Source: an uncultured Acidimicrobiia bacterium
GTDB lineage: Bacteria > Actinomycetota > Acidimicrobiia > IMCC26256 > JAENVU01
DNA: 64,000 bases
Direction of reading: 5' to 3'
NCBI GenBank assembly: GCA_963796755.1
Contig: CAWCMX010000001.1
Coordinates: 1,558,556-1,622,555 of the forward strand
Of the stretch, positions 63,243-64,000 are shown piece after piece. The stretch's first letter is position 1. Every line of letters begins with the position of its first letter. A model generated the notes under the pieces. That model ran no database searches and was not told where the DNA came from. It worked only from the letters and a program-made list of their open reading frames with translations. The position numbers were made by a program, and so were the translations under genes.

Positions 63243-63708
63243 GTGGCGCAGTACCTGCCGATCCTCACAATGATCGTGCTGGTCATGATCTTCGTGGCGG
63301 CGTCGTTCTTCGCCTCGAAGCTGCTGACGAACAAGCGCCCGACGAAGGCGAAGACCGCCTCCTATGAGTGCGGCATCGTCTCCGGAGCAGGAGCCCGTCG
63401 AGCGCTTCCCCGTGCGCTTCTACCTCGTCGCGCTGACGTTCATCGTCCTCGACGTCGAGATCATCTTCCTCTACCCGTTCACCACGATCTTCCGCACGCT
63501 CGGCGGCTACGGCCTCGCGCTGATGGGTACGTTCCTGCTCATCCTGATCGTGCCGTTCGCGTACCTGCTCTCCGTCGGCGCGCTCGACTGGGGACCGGTG
63601 CGTCAGGTCGCAGGTCGCGTCGCCGGTCCGATCCTTCGCACGACGGCCGTGCCGACCGGGATCCCGGCCGATGACGACCTGGACGCGAGCGAAGACGAGG
63701 CCGCGTAG
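63243..63708 (+). CDS. nuoA: NADH-quinone oxidoreductase subunit A (frame slip near 63382)
   Basis: YECGI, RFPVRFYLVA, LDVEIIFLYP, GALDW. Confidence 0.92.
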
Positions 63709-64000
63709 ATGCCGCTCGACGCGATCCCGCACAACTTCGCGACGGGCCGGCTCGAGGACCTCGTGAAGTGGGCCCGACGCAACTCGGTGTTCCCCGCGAC
63801 GTTCGGGCTCGCGTGCTGCGCGATCGAGATGATGGCCACCGGTGCCGCGCACTACGACATGGCGCGCTTCGGCATGGAGGTCTTCCGGGCCAGCCCGCGC
63901 CAGGCCGACCTCATGATCGTCGCCGGCCGGGTGAGCCAGAAGATGGCGCCGGTGCTCCGCCAGGTCTACGACCAGATGGTCGAGCCCAAGTGGGTCATCT
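63709..64000 (+). CDS. nuoB: NADH-quinone oxidoreductase subunit B (runs off the window)
   Basis: Read from ATG at 63709: [35 protein letters not shown]. Confidence 0.95.
   Translation, partial: MPLDAIPHNFATGRLEDLVKWARRNSVFPATFGLACCAIEMMATGAAHYDMARFGMEVFRASPRQADLMIVAGRVSQKMAPVLRQVYDQMVEPKWVI

Noticed and set aside
1331-63708. More than 25 frameshifted genes suggesting mass pseudogenisation or programmed frameshifting
   Set aside because: Slips hit housekeeping genes (hemA, nuoA, proC), are single-base and often in GC runs, and leave motifs intact on both sides; this fits long-read indel error

Overview
High-GC actinobacterial chromosome segment, most likely class Acidimicrobiia (inferred from gene content: mshA, bldC, rsiG/amfC, csrA, F420-type LLM genes, split cytochrome b). 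More than 25 genes, including housekeeping ones (hemA, nuoA, proC, bioAFD), are broken by single-base frame slips. These look like long-read indel errors rather than pseudogenes, so such genes are reported as reconstructed spans. From left to right: parA, bldC; an oxidoreductase/ECF sigma/SRPBCC islet; tRNA-Phe/Asp/Glu, a sulfotransferase and tRNA-Lys; a LuxR-type gene and csrA; a polyamine uptake and catabolism cluster (ald, two class III aminotransferases, Lrp regulator, aminobutyraldehyde dehydrogenase, potADBC, mmsA) interrupted by bioA-bioF-bioD; SDR/LLM genes; a copper-handling cluster (CopCD, YcnI, MauE, DsbA); dksA-like, maoC, moaD, sodA, rsiG, mshA, proC; rex with sirC-hemA-hemC-cobA/hemD-hemB-hemL; an 8-gene Rieske/cytochrome b operon; menJ; and the start of nuo. 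The top candidate for an undescribed system is the operon at 55689-61674. It encodes a b6f-like split cytochrome b (heme c_i cysteine, b6-type His spacing) with a 2x[4Fe-4S] ferredoxin, a di-heme cytochrome c and three unknown membrane subunits, unlike the usual actinobacterial QcrCAB. Other leads are a promoter-to-terminator structured RNA before proC, 31-bp-phased Lrp operators, a stand-alone csrA, a c-di-GMP-binding RsiG, a DUF62 enzyme lacking the catalytic His, and hidden small ORFs.
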